From Candidatus Poribacteria bacterium (GTDB lineage: Bacteria; Poribacteria; WGA-4E; JAJDTR01), in NCBI GenBank assembly GCA_965222225.1, contig CBDCTK010000002.1:4480001-4544000 (forward strand): a stretch of 64,000 bases of DNA, read 5' to 3'. The translations under genes and the position numbers were made by a program. Below are positions 41,557 to 52,000 of this stretch, one piece after another. The first letter of the stretch is position 1. Each line of letters begins with the position of its first letter. The notes under the pieces were generated by a model that was given only the letters and a program-made list of their open reading frames with translations, ran no database searches and was not told the DNA's origin.

Positions 41557-43044
41557 TTACACCCTCGAATCCTGGGTCTGAAGAAGGTCCAACTGACCTT
41601 CCGTTGGCTCTGCTCAGCAAAACCAAGGTTCCGTAAGACGGGGCGCCCTCTCTCGATCGTCGGGGAGTGCGTACCGCTGCGGAGGCGGGCCTCCCTGCAA
41701 ACTTGCCGCAAGTTCCCAGACACAATAGAATGTCTCGCCCGGATCCGCGCCAGCTTGGGAATCCCTCTCCACCAACACGCTAACAGCTTTGTGCAGCTCA
41801 TCCATTCGTGGATCGGGATGTGACCAGCGGTAGCTAAATGAACTCTGATCCAACGAACGGAGGTGGGGCTTCATTGCGTCTCGATTTAGTAAATATGACC
41901 CCGGCGGAATTAACAACCGAACGGCGTATTGTACCGGATCGACATGGTCAATCAGAGCGTGGCTTGACACAAATTCAAACACCTCAAGGTAATCACGCAG
42001 CGATGTCCACGGTGTGAACGCGACCCAAGTAGGGCGAAGGGCGATGTTTTCCGTGTGTACAATTTCGATTGCCTCCTCAATATCGCGTCGCGTGTGGTTT
42101 TTCTCCAAAATCTGAAGAACGCGATCGCTTAGCGATTCCACCGCAGAAACCGTGAACAAGCAACCCAATTGGCTGAACTCAGGGAACACGCCACGATGTT
42201 TGATGATATGTTCAACCTTCGTCGTAAAATCAAAAGTTAGGGATGGGAATTCAGCGTGCATTGCTCGGACGAGACGCAGTGAATGGGTCGGGCCATTCAA
42301 GAAATCCGGATCGCCGAATGTAATATGCGTTGCCCCTGCTTGAACTTGCCGACGAATATCTTCCAGTACAATCTCCTGCGGAACGACAAAGAATCGCCCA
42401 TCATAAACCGGGGGAATGGGACAGTGCGTGCAGAGGTGTTTGCATCCCCGGCTTCCTTCGACATATCCCACCAGCCGGTTCTCGCCGCGATGCGCTAGGC
42501 GCGCGTACGAATCTAGTGCTGGCAGTGAACTACGCGATGGTGGCGAGAAGGACAACCGTTTGAGAAATGGTCGGGCTGCGACGCAATTGCCAATCACCCC
42601 GGCGGGTAGATTTGCCGCATTTGCCGGCAAGGTGAACCTGTCCTTGCCGACCATCTCAATGAGGGCGAGGAGCGGTGATTCATACTCGCCAGCAATGCAA
42701 AAGTCCACGCCGTTCTTTAGCAGGTAATCTGCATTGAGACCCGCATAGAGACCGTAGAGGCATATCAGCGCTTCCGGGTTGATTTCGCGGATGCGCTTAA
42801 CGACATAAACACCCAAACGCAAGGCGGTGTGCATTGGAACGGCGATTCCGACAAAGCGGGCACGGGCGACCTTATCTACGTCTAATGGTTCGACGGAAAC
42901 GTCGATTGCGGCCGGTAAGAAGCCTGCGCCATCCAAGAAACCAAGGGGCATAGCGACCGCCATCGGTTGATGTCCCAGTTCATAACAGGAAATCAACAGT
43001 ACCGCACCAGATGAACGCATGTTTTTAGCCCGTGTGTGGTTCAT
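41557..43044 (-). CDS. CUAEP-tail radical SAM selenoprotein (UGA at 41614-41616 read as Sec)
   Basis: B12-binding-like N-terminus, SRGCKHLCTHCP, PRLTEPWFC-TGA-AEPTEGQL...TAA; ATG 43044 follows GAGGAGG. Confidence 0.88.
41583..41601 (-). promoter_or_regulatory. Bacterial SECIS-like hairpin
   Basis: GAAGGTC-AGTTG-GACCTTC begins 12 nt after the in-frame UGA; G is the second loop base. Confidence 0.75.
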
Positions 43045-43155
43045 TGATATTGACCTCCTCTCTCTATTTTGGTGTTTAGTCGATTCTTGTTGCGGGTCTC
43101 GCGACGATTCGGCAAAGTTGGGGTAATCCCGTTCTGTAGACACACCTTCCATTTC

Positions 43156-44232
43156 CTAATCGGCAATCTCAACCTGATACCGTTCTGCAATCGTTTTGAT
43201 TTGCTCCCACGTATCCTCTTCAATGTAAATACCGTCGCGTTCGCGTCTTTCACGTTCACGAAACCCGCGTTCTCCCGGTACAAAGATTTCATTGACACCG
43301 GGTGATTTCTGCGCCGACTTGACATATTCGACGAAGCGGTCTACCTCTTCGTTGAACTCCGGTAACTCGACAAAGCTGGAAATCTTGAAGACAGTGACAA
43401 AAATACCGTTGCCGGGTCTTGTCTCGCCTTCTCGGGTACAGCCTGCGCCGCTCAACGCTCCCGAAAGAATATCCACGACGAGACTAAGTCCAAATCCTTT
43501 TTGTGCGGCAATCCCTCCGAACGGCAACAATGCACCGGGCGGATCCGCATAGAAGTCATCTACATTCGTCGTAGGCATTCCGGCGGAATCGAGAATCCAT
43601 CCTTCCGGGACAGCCTCCTTCCGATGTTGCTGCACCCTGACTTTCCCCGAGGCGACAACACTAGTGGACATGTCTAGAAGCAGGGGAGCGCGTCCCGGCA
43701 GTGGAATGGCGCAGGCAAGCGGATTGGTCGATAGCCTCGGTTCAATTCCCCCAAACGGTACGACGCAACCTCCGGCACCGTGGTCGTTCACTGTCAAAAG
43801 ACAGATCATGTCGGATTCTGCCGCGATCAGGGCAAAACCTCCCAATCTCCCGACTTCGTTTGATCTTGAGACGACAACCGAACCGAGATCGTTGAACTTA
43901 GCCTTCCGGATAGCGAGATTCACGGCGTGAGTGGCGATGACGGGACCAAATCCCCAATTGCCGTCCAATACCGCCATAGATGGGGATTCACGTTTAATCT
44001 CAATCTCCGCATCCAACTTAATCAATCCGAATTCAATTTCGGGGACGTATTTGAGTGGCAGATGGATGACGCCGTGTGAATCGTGTCCGACAAGATTGGC
44101 GTCAACCATTGCGCGTGTGACTACTGTGGCCTCAGCGTCTGATACACCAAGTGCGCGAAAGATTTTCAAACACGATTCTGTCAGTTTCTCTGCCGTCAGT
44201 ATTGGCAACGTCAATTCCTCTTCATCATCCAA
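43156..44232 (-). CDS. Ldh_2 (malate/L-lactate dehydrogenase-like) oxidoreductase
   Basis: GHDSHGV, DGNWGFG, STNPLA, LDMSTS, KGFGL, PGERG. Confidence 0.9.
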   Translation of the reverse strand: MDDEEELTLPILTAEKLTESCLKIFRALGVSDAEATVVTRAMVDANLVGHDSHGVIHLPLKYVPEIEFGLIKLDAEIEIKRESPSMAVLDGNWGFGPVIATHAVNLAIRKAKFNDLGSVVVSRSNEVGRLGGFALIAAESDMICLLTVNDHGAGGCVVPFGGIEPRLSTNPLACAIPLPGRAPLLLDMSTSVVASGKVRVQQHRKEAVPEGWILDSAGMPTTNVDDFYADPPGALLPFGGIAAQKGFGLSLVVDILSGALSGAGCTREGETRPGNGIFVTVFKISSFVELPEFNEEVDRFVEYVKSAQKSPGVNEIFVPGERGFRERERRERDGIYIEEDTWEQIKTIAERYQVEIAD

Positions 44233-44361
44233 CCACTGATATGATGTTTTATGGTCGTATTATACAACCTTTTAAGTGTTGATTTCAAACACATTAGCGC
44301 TTGGGTGCAGGGTAGTTGCGTCTGATTATGGGGATGTGGAAAGGTAGCGGGGCGGAAGAAT

Positions 44362-44542
44362 GGTGGGCAGTGCCCACCCTACAACTTTTATGCCGAATAA
44401 TAGTTGGGCTTGTGCCGGGAGTCGGGTTTCACTAGGATTTCTATCGCCTTGGGATCTCTATGGGAACTCTATCGCACTCACTATCCGTTCGCTTGATCGC
44501 TCCTACAGGTGTTGGGTTTCACTGTGTTCAACCCAACCTACG
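44362..44542. repeat. REP mosaic with triple-nested 36-nt units
   Basis: REP at 44362-44382; nested units at 44435-44498 abutting GCTCCTAC; GTTGGGTT...AACCCAACCTAC hairpin. Confidence 0.78.
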
Positions 44543-44758
44543 GGCTACAATCAGATGCGAATGGCATGTAAGGGTATTGAATGCGGTTGACATTAGTGCT
44601 TGAAGTTATGGCATAATTATATACAGAAGTGATTTATTATAGGTGCCACGTTTCGCCTTGCGGGAAGGAGGGTGGAAACGCAGACTCGAAGATTGCTTGA
44701 CAATTGTTCTCTACAAGCTTGGGCCATCCGGAGTGCCGTTCCACCGTTCAAAGGTCAT

Positions 44759-45856
44759 ATGCACACTACTGCGCTAGTTGCGCTATTCCGAGGTGTTGGT
44801 CAGCCGTTTGAGATTAGGAGACAACCACTAGACGTTTCGAGCAAAGACAACGTGCTGGTTCGAGTCATGCTAGCGACAATTTGCGGGTCAGATTTGCACA
44901 CTGTCTCAGGACGGAGATCGGTTTCGCTACCGTGTGCACTGGGCCATGAAGCCATCGGGGTGATTGCCGAGCCGACACATTTACAAGATGCCTACGGACG
45001 GGGCTTAAATGAGGGCGATCGAATTACCTGGAGCATTGGCGCATCGTGCGGCAGGTGCCATAACTGCGTAAAGAAAAACCTGCCTCAGAAATGTGACAGA
45101 CTGTTCAAGTACGGTCATGCCGGAGGAGGGGCCAATGTTGGGTTCAGCGGTGGGTTTGCCGAATACATCCAGCTCCGACCCGGCACTGCCATCTACCGAC
45201 TTCCGGCGGCTCTGACTGAGCGCGAAGCGGTGCCACTTAATTGTGCGCTGGCTACCGTGCTGGACGGATTGAAGGCTGTCGGCGTCAAGGCAGGGGACAA
45301 TGCGGTTGTACAAGGAGCAGGGATGTTAGGCATTTATGCCGCGTGCTACCTGCGCGAGAGTGGGTGCAGGAATGTAGTGGTTGTCGATTATCGAGAAGAT
45401 CGGTTGAAGATTGCGGCTCAGTTCGGTGCGACGCACACCGTTAATCTCACGGATACCTCGGCGAAGGATGTTGGACAGACCATCCAAGAGATTACGGATT
45501 GCAATGGCGCCGACCTCGTCCTAGAGGTGAGCGGGGCAAGCGCGGCATTGTCGAATGCGCTTGATTGGTTAGGAATCGGAGGTCGTTGCCTCACGCTCGG
45601 GTTCGTATATCCGGGCGCTGAAGTCACACTAGACGCTCAGAAAGTCGTGACGAAGTGTTTGACAATTCGCGGGCTGCACAACTATCATCCGTCTGCACTA
45701 GGTGAAGCGATTCGGTTCGTTGAGAAGAAACGCGATCGCTATCCGTTCAACGCGTTGATAGGCGCAACCTACCCGCTGGGGGAAATTGATGCAGCGTTCG
45801 AACGGGCACAACAGGGCAATTTGATTCGAGTGGCGGTAGATCCGCAAAGGGAGTGA
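44759..45856 (+). CDS. Zn-dependent alcohol dehydrogenase, phosphonate-catabolism-associated (HpnZ-like)
   Basis: ICGSDLHT, GHE, CGRCHNC...C, CALATV, GAGMLG, GLHNY; adjacent to phnA. Confidence 0.8.
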   Translation: MHTTALVALFRGVGQPFEIRRQPLDVSSKDNVLVRVMLATICGSDLHTVSGRRSVSLPCALGHEAIGVIAEPTHLQDAYGRGLNEGDRITWSIGASCGRCHNCVKKNLPQKCDRLFKYGHAGGGANVGFSGGFAEYIQLRPGTAIYRLPAALTEREAVPLNCALATVLDGLKAVGVKAGDNAVVQGAGMLGIYAACYLRESGCRNVVVVDYREDRLKIAAQFGATHTVNLTDTSAKDVGQTIQEITDCNGADLVLEVSGASAALSNALDWLGIGGRCLTLGFVYPGAEVTLDAQKVVTKCLTIRGLHNYHPSALGEAIRFVEKKRDRYPFNALIGATYPLGEIDAAFERAQQGNLIRVAVDPQRE

Positions 45857-45866
45857 CGAAAAGTGC

Positions 45867-46979
45867 ATGAGTAGACCCAAGGTTTTAATCATCTGCATTG
45901 ATGCGGGCGGGCACGACTACCTTGCCGCCAGTGAAATCCCAAATATTCGGAGACTAGCCGATGCCGGGTTCTACAGATGCGCTAACTCGGTCATACCGTC
46001 GGTTACAAACGTCAACAACGTCAGTATCGCGACAGGGTGCTTTCCAGCGACGCACGGAATTACGACAAATTATCACGTTGACCGAGAGACCGGAAGGGGA
46101 GAGTTTATTGAGGACAACCGTTTTCTGCTAACTCCAACATTGTTTGAGCGTGCGAAGTCGACAGGATTCGCCGAAAAAACCGCACTGTTAGTGACAAAGG
46201 AAAAACTTTTACGGATGCTGGAAGATGGAGCAGACATTCGGATCGCCGCGGAAGCCCCATCTGCGGAATATGTTGAATCGGTTGGAGAGGCAGAGTCAAT
46301 TTACTCAGCCGAAATTAACTGGTGGCTGTTTCGGGCATTGCGAAGAGTACTGCGTGATGAGAATCCCGATGTCGTTTTCTGTTCAACAACCGATTGGGCG
46401 CAGCATAAGTTCGCGCCCGATGAGGAGGTTTCTCAACGTCATATGGCTGAGCTGGATCGGATCTTTGGGGAAATTGTGGGCGATGATCCGAACCGAGAGA
46501 TATACATCACCGCGGATCACGGCATGTCAGCCAAAACAAATGCTCTTGACCCGGGGCGTTGGCTCACCGAACACGGCGTGGGAGCGAGCGCGATTCCAAT
46601 TATCAAAGACCGTTATGTTGCGCATCACGGAAATCTTGGCGGGGCAGCGTATATCTTTCTTAAGGAGGACGGCGAGTGCGCGCGAGCGGTTGCGTTGTTG
46701 GAGGATGCGCCGGGAGTTGAGGAGGTATACACCGCTGCACAAGCAGCAGAGACGTTCAAACTTCACCGAGACCGGATTGGTGACATCTTCGTCCTCGCAG
46801 ATTGTGATACGGTCTTCGGCGAGCTAGAACAAACAAGGGCGGAGGTTAGCTTGAGATCCCACGGATCTCGACACGAAAGCTATGTGCCGGTCATCGGCTA
46901 CAATAGCCCGTGGCGGGCAGAGGATTTCACTTACAATGTTGACGTTGGGCGACTATTCTTGGAGAGCATTCTCCACTGA
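45867..46979 (+). CDS. phnA: Phosphonoacetate hydrolase-like alkaline-phosphatase-superfamily enzyme
   Basis: PSVTNVNNVSIATG, TTDWAQHK, TADHGM, DRIGD, LRSHG. Confidence 0.75.
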   Translation: MSRPKVLIICIDAGGHDYLAASEIPNIRRLADAGFYRCANSVIPSVTNVNNVSIATGCFPATHGITTNYHVDRETGRGEFIEDNRFLLTPTLFERAKSTGFAEKTALLVTKEKLLRMLEDGADIRIAAEAPSAEYVESVGEAESIYSAEINWWLFRALRRVLRDENPDVVFCSTTDWAQHKFAPDEEVSQRHMAELDRIFGEIVGDDPNREIYITADHGMSAKTNALDPGRWLTEHGVGASAIPIIKDRYVAHHGNLGGAAYIFLKEDGECARAVALLEDAPGVEEVYTAAQAAETFKLHRDRIGDIFVLADCDTVFGELEQTRAEVSLRSHGSRHESYVPVIGYNSPWRAEDFTYNVDVGRLFLESILH

Positions 46980-47030
46980 CACATGAGATTCTACGTCACG
47001 AGGGTGACCACACATTGACGGAGGGAACCA

Positions 47031-47705
47031 ATGAAAACCCGAATTTTGATTATTGCCGCGGCGATTTTGCTGACAAGCACTATCGTTTTAGGGAAACAGG
47101 AAGGGACAGCAATGTCTAACAAAGAACGGTGGAACTTAAAGTACGAAGGTACGACGTATATTTATGGGAAGGAACCGACGGCGTTCCTCAATGAAAAGCT
47201 CTCGCTGCTGAAGAAGGGCAAGGCGCTGGTTCTGGCGATGGGTGAGGGACGCAATGCGGTTTACCTCGCCGAGAACGGATTTGATGTTACCGGCGTCGAT
47301 ATCTCCGCGGTCGGGATTGAGAAGTGTGAACGGCTTGCAGAGGAACGGGGTGTCGTGGTTAATTCCGTTGTCGCGGATTTGACCGATTACGATATGGGTA
47401 GCGAGCAATACGATCTCATCACAAATTTTTACTTTTTTGACGAATCGATTTTGCCGGGGGTGATTGATTCGTTGAAACCCGGCGGCATTTTTATCTTTGA
47501 GACCTATTCGCGCGATCACCCCAAACACAGCAAGTTTGGGCCTAAGAATCCTGACTACCTTGTGAAGCCCAATGAGCTTTTGGAAATCTTCAAATCGTTG
47601 CGGATTCTTTACTACGAGGATACGGTCACTGAGCTTAACGAGGGGATGCACAAGGGAAAAGCGGCGCTCATAAGGTTAATTGCGAGGAAACCGGAGTCGG
47701 ACTAA
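47031..47705 (+). CDS. Class I SAM methyltransferase (TehB-like) with signal peptide
   Basis: LAMGEGRNAVYLA, GVDIS, LKPGG. Confidence 0.85.
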   Translation: MKTRILIIAAAILLTSTIVLGKQEGTAMSNKERWNLKYEGTTYIYGKEPTAFLNEKLSLLKKGKALVLAMGEGRNAVYLAENGFDVTGVDISAVGIEKCERLAEERGVVVNSVVADLTDYDMGSEQYDLITNFYFFDESILPGVIDSLKPGGIFIFETYSRDHPKHSKFGPKNPDYLVKPNELLEIFKSLRILYYEDTVTELNEGMHKGKAALIRLIARKPESD

Positions 47706-47819
47706 CGCAATCTGTCTGTTTTTTGGCAGGGTAACGTCAAGAGGGGGGCTGCGCGGGTCGGGCTAGAAGCCCGACCTACAAGAAGGGGTGGCAATTTGGG
47801 TTACGTAACTATGCAGTAA

Positions 47820-48361
47820 CAACTTCTAATCAGGTCTGGTCGGCTGACATCACCTATATCCCGATGAAAAAAGGATTCATGTTCCTCGTAGCGATTTTGG
47901 ATTGGTACAGCCGTTTTGTCATCGCTTGGGAGTTCTCCAATGTGCTTCATGGACAGTTCTGTCTTAAGGCTCTGCACCGGGCCTCAAGTGATGCAGCACC
48001 AGAAATCTTCAATACAGACCAAGGAGTGCAGTTCACAGCCAATGCGTTCACCCAAGCCGTTGAATCCGCCGGTAGTTCGATGAGCATGGACGGAGTTGGA
48101 CGCGCCATTGACAATATTTACAACGAGCGTTTCTGGCGAAGCGTCAAGTACGAGGACGTATATCTCAAGCTGTACCAGACGCCAGATGCTCTGTTTGACG
48201 GATTAGCCAAGTACATCCGATTTTACAACCATCAACGGCCACATCAGAGCCTTGATTATGCAACCCCGGCTGAGGTTTACTTTGACCACAATACGATACC
48301 CTAACCTCAAATATCTTACTTATTTCTTGCTATTTTTGGTCTAGACAAGGGGACCACTTTA
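47820..48361 (+). mobile_element. IS3-family remnant (integrase core plus right end)
   Basis: NQVWSADITYIPM, FNTDQGVQFT, ERFWRSVKYE, YNHQRPHQSL; the 5' part is missing. Confidence 0.85.
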
Positions 48362-48819
48362 GTCAATAGCATGGCAAGATATATTGGTTCATCACGGCTG
48401 GGATTCCACGTGATTCGCCGTTCATCTTTTACCCAAGTTGTAGCCTATTGGAGACATTGCAAACCGGGAGGATGTGAGCCAAATCGAGTCAATCACCGCC
48501 CGCAGTGGACTGCCAAATCCACTGCACCTATGGGAGTATGGCTTGGATATGTCTATCCAAGCCGAGCTGAATTTATAAATGGAGTGAAACACAACACACG
48601 AAAATGAAAATCCCAGTATTTACGACTAGATAACAACAAAGGTTCTTTGAGAACTTCTGTTTATCATCGGATGGTTGACCATTGGCTGTGCGCACGGATT
48701 GACATTCGCATCAGTCAGATCTTGGGGAGAGCGGGTGAGTGGTTTGGAAGAGTAGTTGTCATGAACAGGACAGTTACAGAAACCGAGTTTTGAAGAAAAC
48801 GCGGTTTCGCCGCACTTGC

Positions 48820-49054
48820 TTAGAGCCTGCTTGAAAAGTACAGTTTGTAGGGTGCGATCAAAGGCATGAATAATGACTGCGATAGAGATCCCCTGCGCAC
48901 CAGCCTCTAAAAGCCCCAGCGTGGGATCAAGGAAGCGAATAGCGACTGCGATAGAGATCCTACAGGTATGTAGCAGCCAACAATGAAAACATGAAATAAC
49001 TTTCTACAAATGACCAAGATTGGCTTTACCTCCGATTATTCAAACAGGCTCTTA
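48820..49054 (+). mobile_element. MITE-A copy 2 with two 36-nt units
   Basis: TTAGAGCCTGCTTGAA...TTCAAACAGGCTCTTA; units at 48856-48893 and 48925-48960. Confidence 0.8.
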
Positions 49055-49061
49055 GAATGGG

Positions 49062-52000
49062 TTACAATTCTGCCACCATTTCCATCTCGATCCGATGTTC
49101 AGGCGCTTCCTGCTTTGTTGAGAGCAGCCGATATTTGAATCGCAGTAACAAATCTGTCACTTTCCGCACCTTGTATTCCGCGTTCGCTCGAATTTCGTGG
49201 CTTAGTCCCTCGTGGAAATGATATCGCGTGAATGGAATCCCACCAGTGCTATCCCCGAAACCGAGTCGATAATTGAAATCGATTCGGCCCTTCCGTATTA
49301 GGGAGTAAATCAGCCGGTTTTCGATTGATAATGTCCGTGTATGTGCTTCCGGTTCATCCGCCAATTTCTCAAGATCCGAGGTCGTTTCATAGCCGCCAGT
49401 AAGACTAAGCCGAAGAGCGCGGTTAAATTCGTATCGGAAGTCGATTTCACGCCTTCGCTCAAACTGCACCAAATCGGATATTCGATTGGATGTCTCCGCT
49501 TCATTCGCAAGTTGGCTAAACTGCTCTTGTTCGCGGCGCTGCTCCCATCGTCCAACGAATGATATTCGGCGTGTGGGGTTCAGCGTCAGATTGATATCCC
49601 AATCGCGGTTACTTCGCCATCGTTCTCTGTTATTGACACGCCTGTTCAGAGTTTGACTCCGGTTGTAATTCAGGTTAAGGTTCAGTGTGGTTGACGGCGA
49701 GAATTTGAGTTGATAGCGTTGCCTTTCCTGTCCAAAAAGAGTGCGATCGTTACGTAGATCGCGGAGCAGGTATAGCGATGCGGAGTCCGCTTCTTCCTGT
49801 TCTTCCCGGAGATCGAAGCGGATTTCGCCGCTGATGGCTTCCGCCAACCACTCCAACGCAGTTGTATGTTCCGGTGATTCCTCTCCCAATCTTTTACTTC
49901 CATCGCGAGGGGGGAGTTTCGAGTCGGTCGGCAGTATCCCAATTTTTGAGGTCGAAAATCGGCCAGCTCGTCTTCGCCGGGAAAAAATTTGTCGCGGACG
50001 AAAGCGTAATCTCAGTTTGGCATCAATTGCCGAAACGGGTTTGTCGTCAACATTCTGAATAATCTTTATGTAGTTCCCTTCCTCGGAATCTTCCCTATAG
50101 TGCAGGTCGTCAATTTTGACATAAAAACCTTCGCCCGGCTCAATTTCTCTTCCCGTGAACGGATTGATGTTGGAATATATCTCTCGTCGTTCCGTGGCTA
50201 ACTTCTTATCGAGTTCATAGGTAATCTCACCGTACAACGCGCGGTTAAAAGGGGTGAGTCGCACACTGATGTCGGCTAGCTGTGTTGTTACGTCGTTATT
50301 CAGTTTGTGCCGCGCCTCAAACACTCGGCGAGAGATGTTGGATGTCAGGTTTGCCCATTTGCGGGGTTGTGAAAAAAAGCCAACTGTCCATGTTCGCGCA
50401 GTCGTTTGAAGTTTCCAGTCCGAGAAAGCTAATGTTTCCCCGTCAACGGTGAGAAGGTCCTCTTTTCCGAATGATTTTTCAATGGAGTACAACGAATTAG
50501 GCGATGCCCACTTAAAGTTGACAACATCCATGCGACCTGTCGAGATATTCCGCCTTCGATTGAGGTTGGCACCGTCTGTGTAATCAAGATCCAAAGATTC
50601 CAACTGTTCGGTAGCCGCGCTCAGGTTTAATGCCCGAAGCCTATGAACGAGATTCCACTGTTGATTTTCTTTGCGAAACTGGTCAGTTCCCCTGATTTTG
50701 GATGCACTTCTACGCACATTCCATTTTAGTCGAGGGATTTTCAGGGGACTAAAATCGACAGCCCAGTTCAAGTTATCACGGATTGTTATATCGTCCCCCG
50801 GCGTGCGTGGGACAGATTCGCTGTCATTCACGCCGTCTCCCTCTGATTTTGCGCTTGCGGGTGCAGTTGCGCGGAAACGCTCCTCGGTTCGCCCTAGTCC
50901 GGAGTTAAACCCCAACCACGTGAACGGCTTGAATTGGAGGTCGAAGTCCAGCGATCGTTCGTCAGAGGATTGCCGCGGCGCTCTTCCCTCAAGCAGGTAG
51001 AGGTCATCGAATCTCTCCTGCTTGTATTGTTCTTCGTACTGAAAACGGGAGCGATTGGTACTTGATGCGCCAACCGGCACAAAGTCGGCATCAAGAGATC
51101 GAACATCAAGGTTCAACCGGATTTTCTCGTAGGACGAAAGTGCAAGGAGTTTCCACGCTCGACTGATTACCTTCGAATCCAAATCAGAAAAGGTGTTTTT
51201 GTCGAGCGCGCTGAAAGCGACTTCTCCTGTAAGGGAGGTTTGATCGCTTAGATTGAGAGCTCCGTCCAATCCCCATACGCTGTGTTTCTCCGGAGGAATT
51301 AGCGGTTTGCCATCTCCATCAGGATCCAACTCATTTCGGCGGAAATCTATCAAGTCTTGATCGCTGATAACAATGAATGCATTTTCGATGTTGTCCAAGT
51401 CCGACTCAACGGCGTATGCGGCACCAAGAGTAACACGATCTCCGGGCAGATTAAGGGACCCACTCGCACCGTAAAGATTTCGTTGATAGGCTCGATCTTC
51501 GGGGATGAATTCGAAATCAACGCGTATAACATCGTTGCTGGTGATCAGATGCTTATTTGTGAACTCGATTGTCGGGTCACCGTACTCGCGGATAACGTAA
51601 TCATTATTCTTTCCGCGCCGCATTCGCTCACCGTTGAGCCAGACGATATCGCTTCCGGCTTTGACCACGACAAATTCACCGTCGGCGTCGATTCGATACT
51701 CGCTACGCCCCTCTTCACCTCGAATCACTTTGCTTGTGGATTGCCCTTTTGGAATGCTACTCGGTATGAGGTGAAACTTTCCCCACTTGAAATCGCCTTC
51801 AACCTGCACACCTTCCAAAGCCCGCGGGAAAAAGATGAACTCCGAGTTTCCGAGAGAGCCCTCGTAATCGCCCAAGGTCGCGGTGACATTTGGGCTTGTA
51901 ATACGGATGAGTTTTTGGTCAATATCCTGAATGTCCTCGGTTGTACCGCTTGCTTGAATCGGCAGGTCTTGGTCCGACAGCGAGGCAATCACACTAACGT

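Noticed and set aside
48371-48607. 78-aa ORF after the IS3 end
   Set aside because: No recognisable motif; probably a gene remnant or spurious
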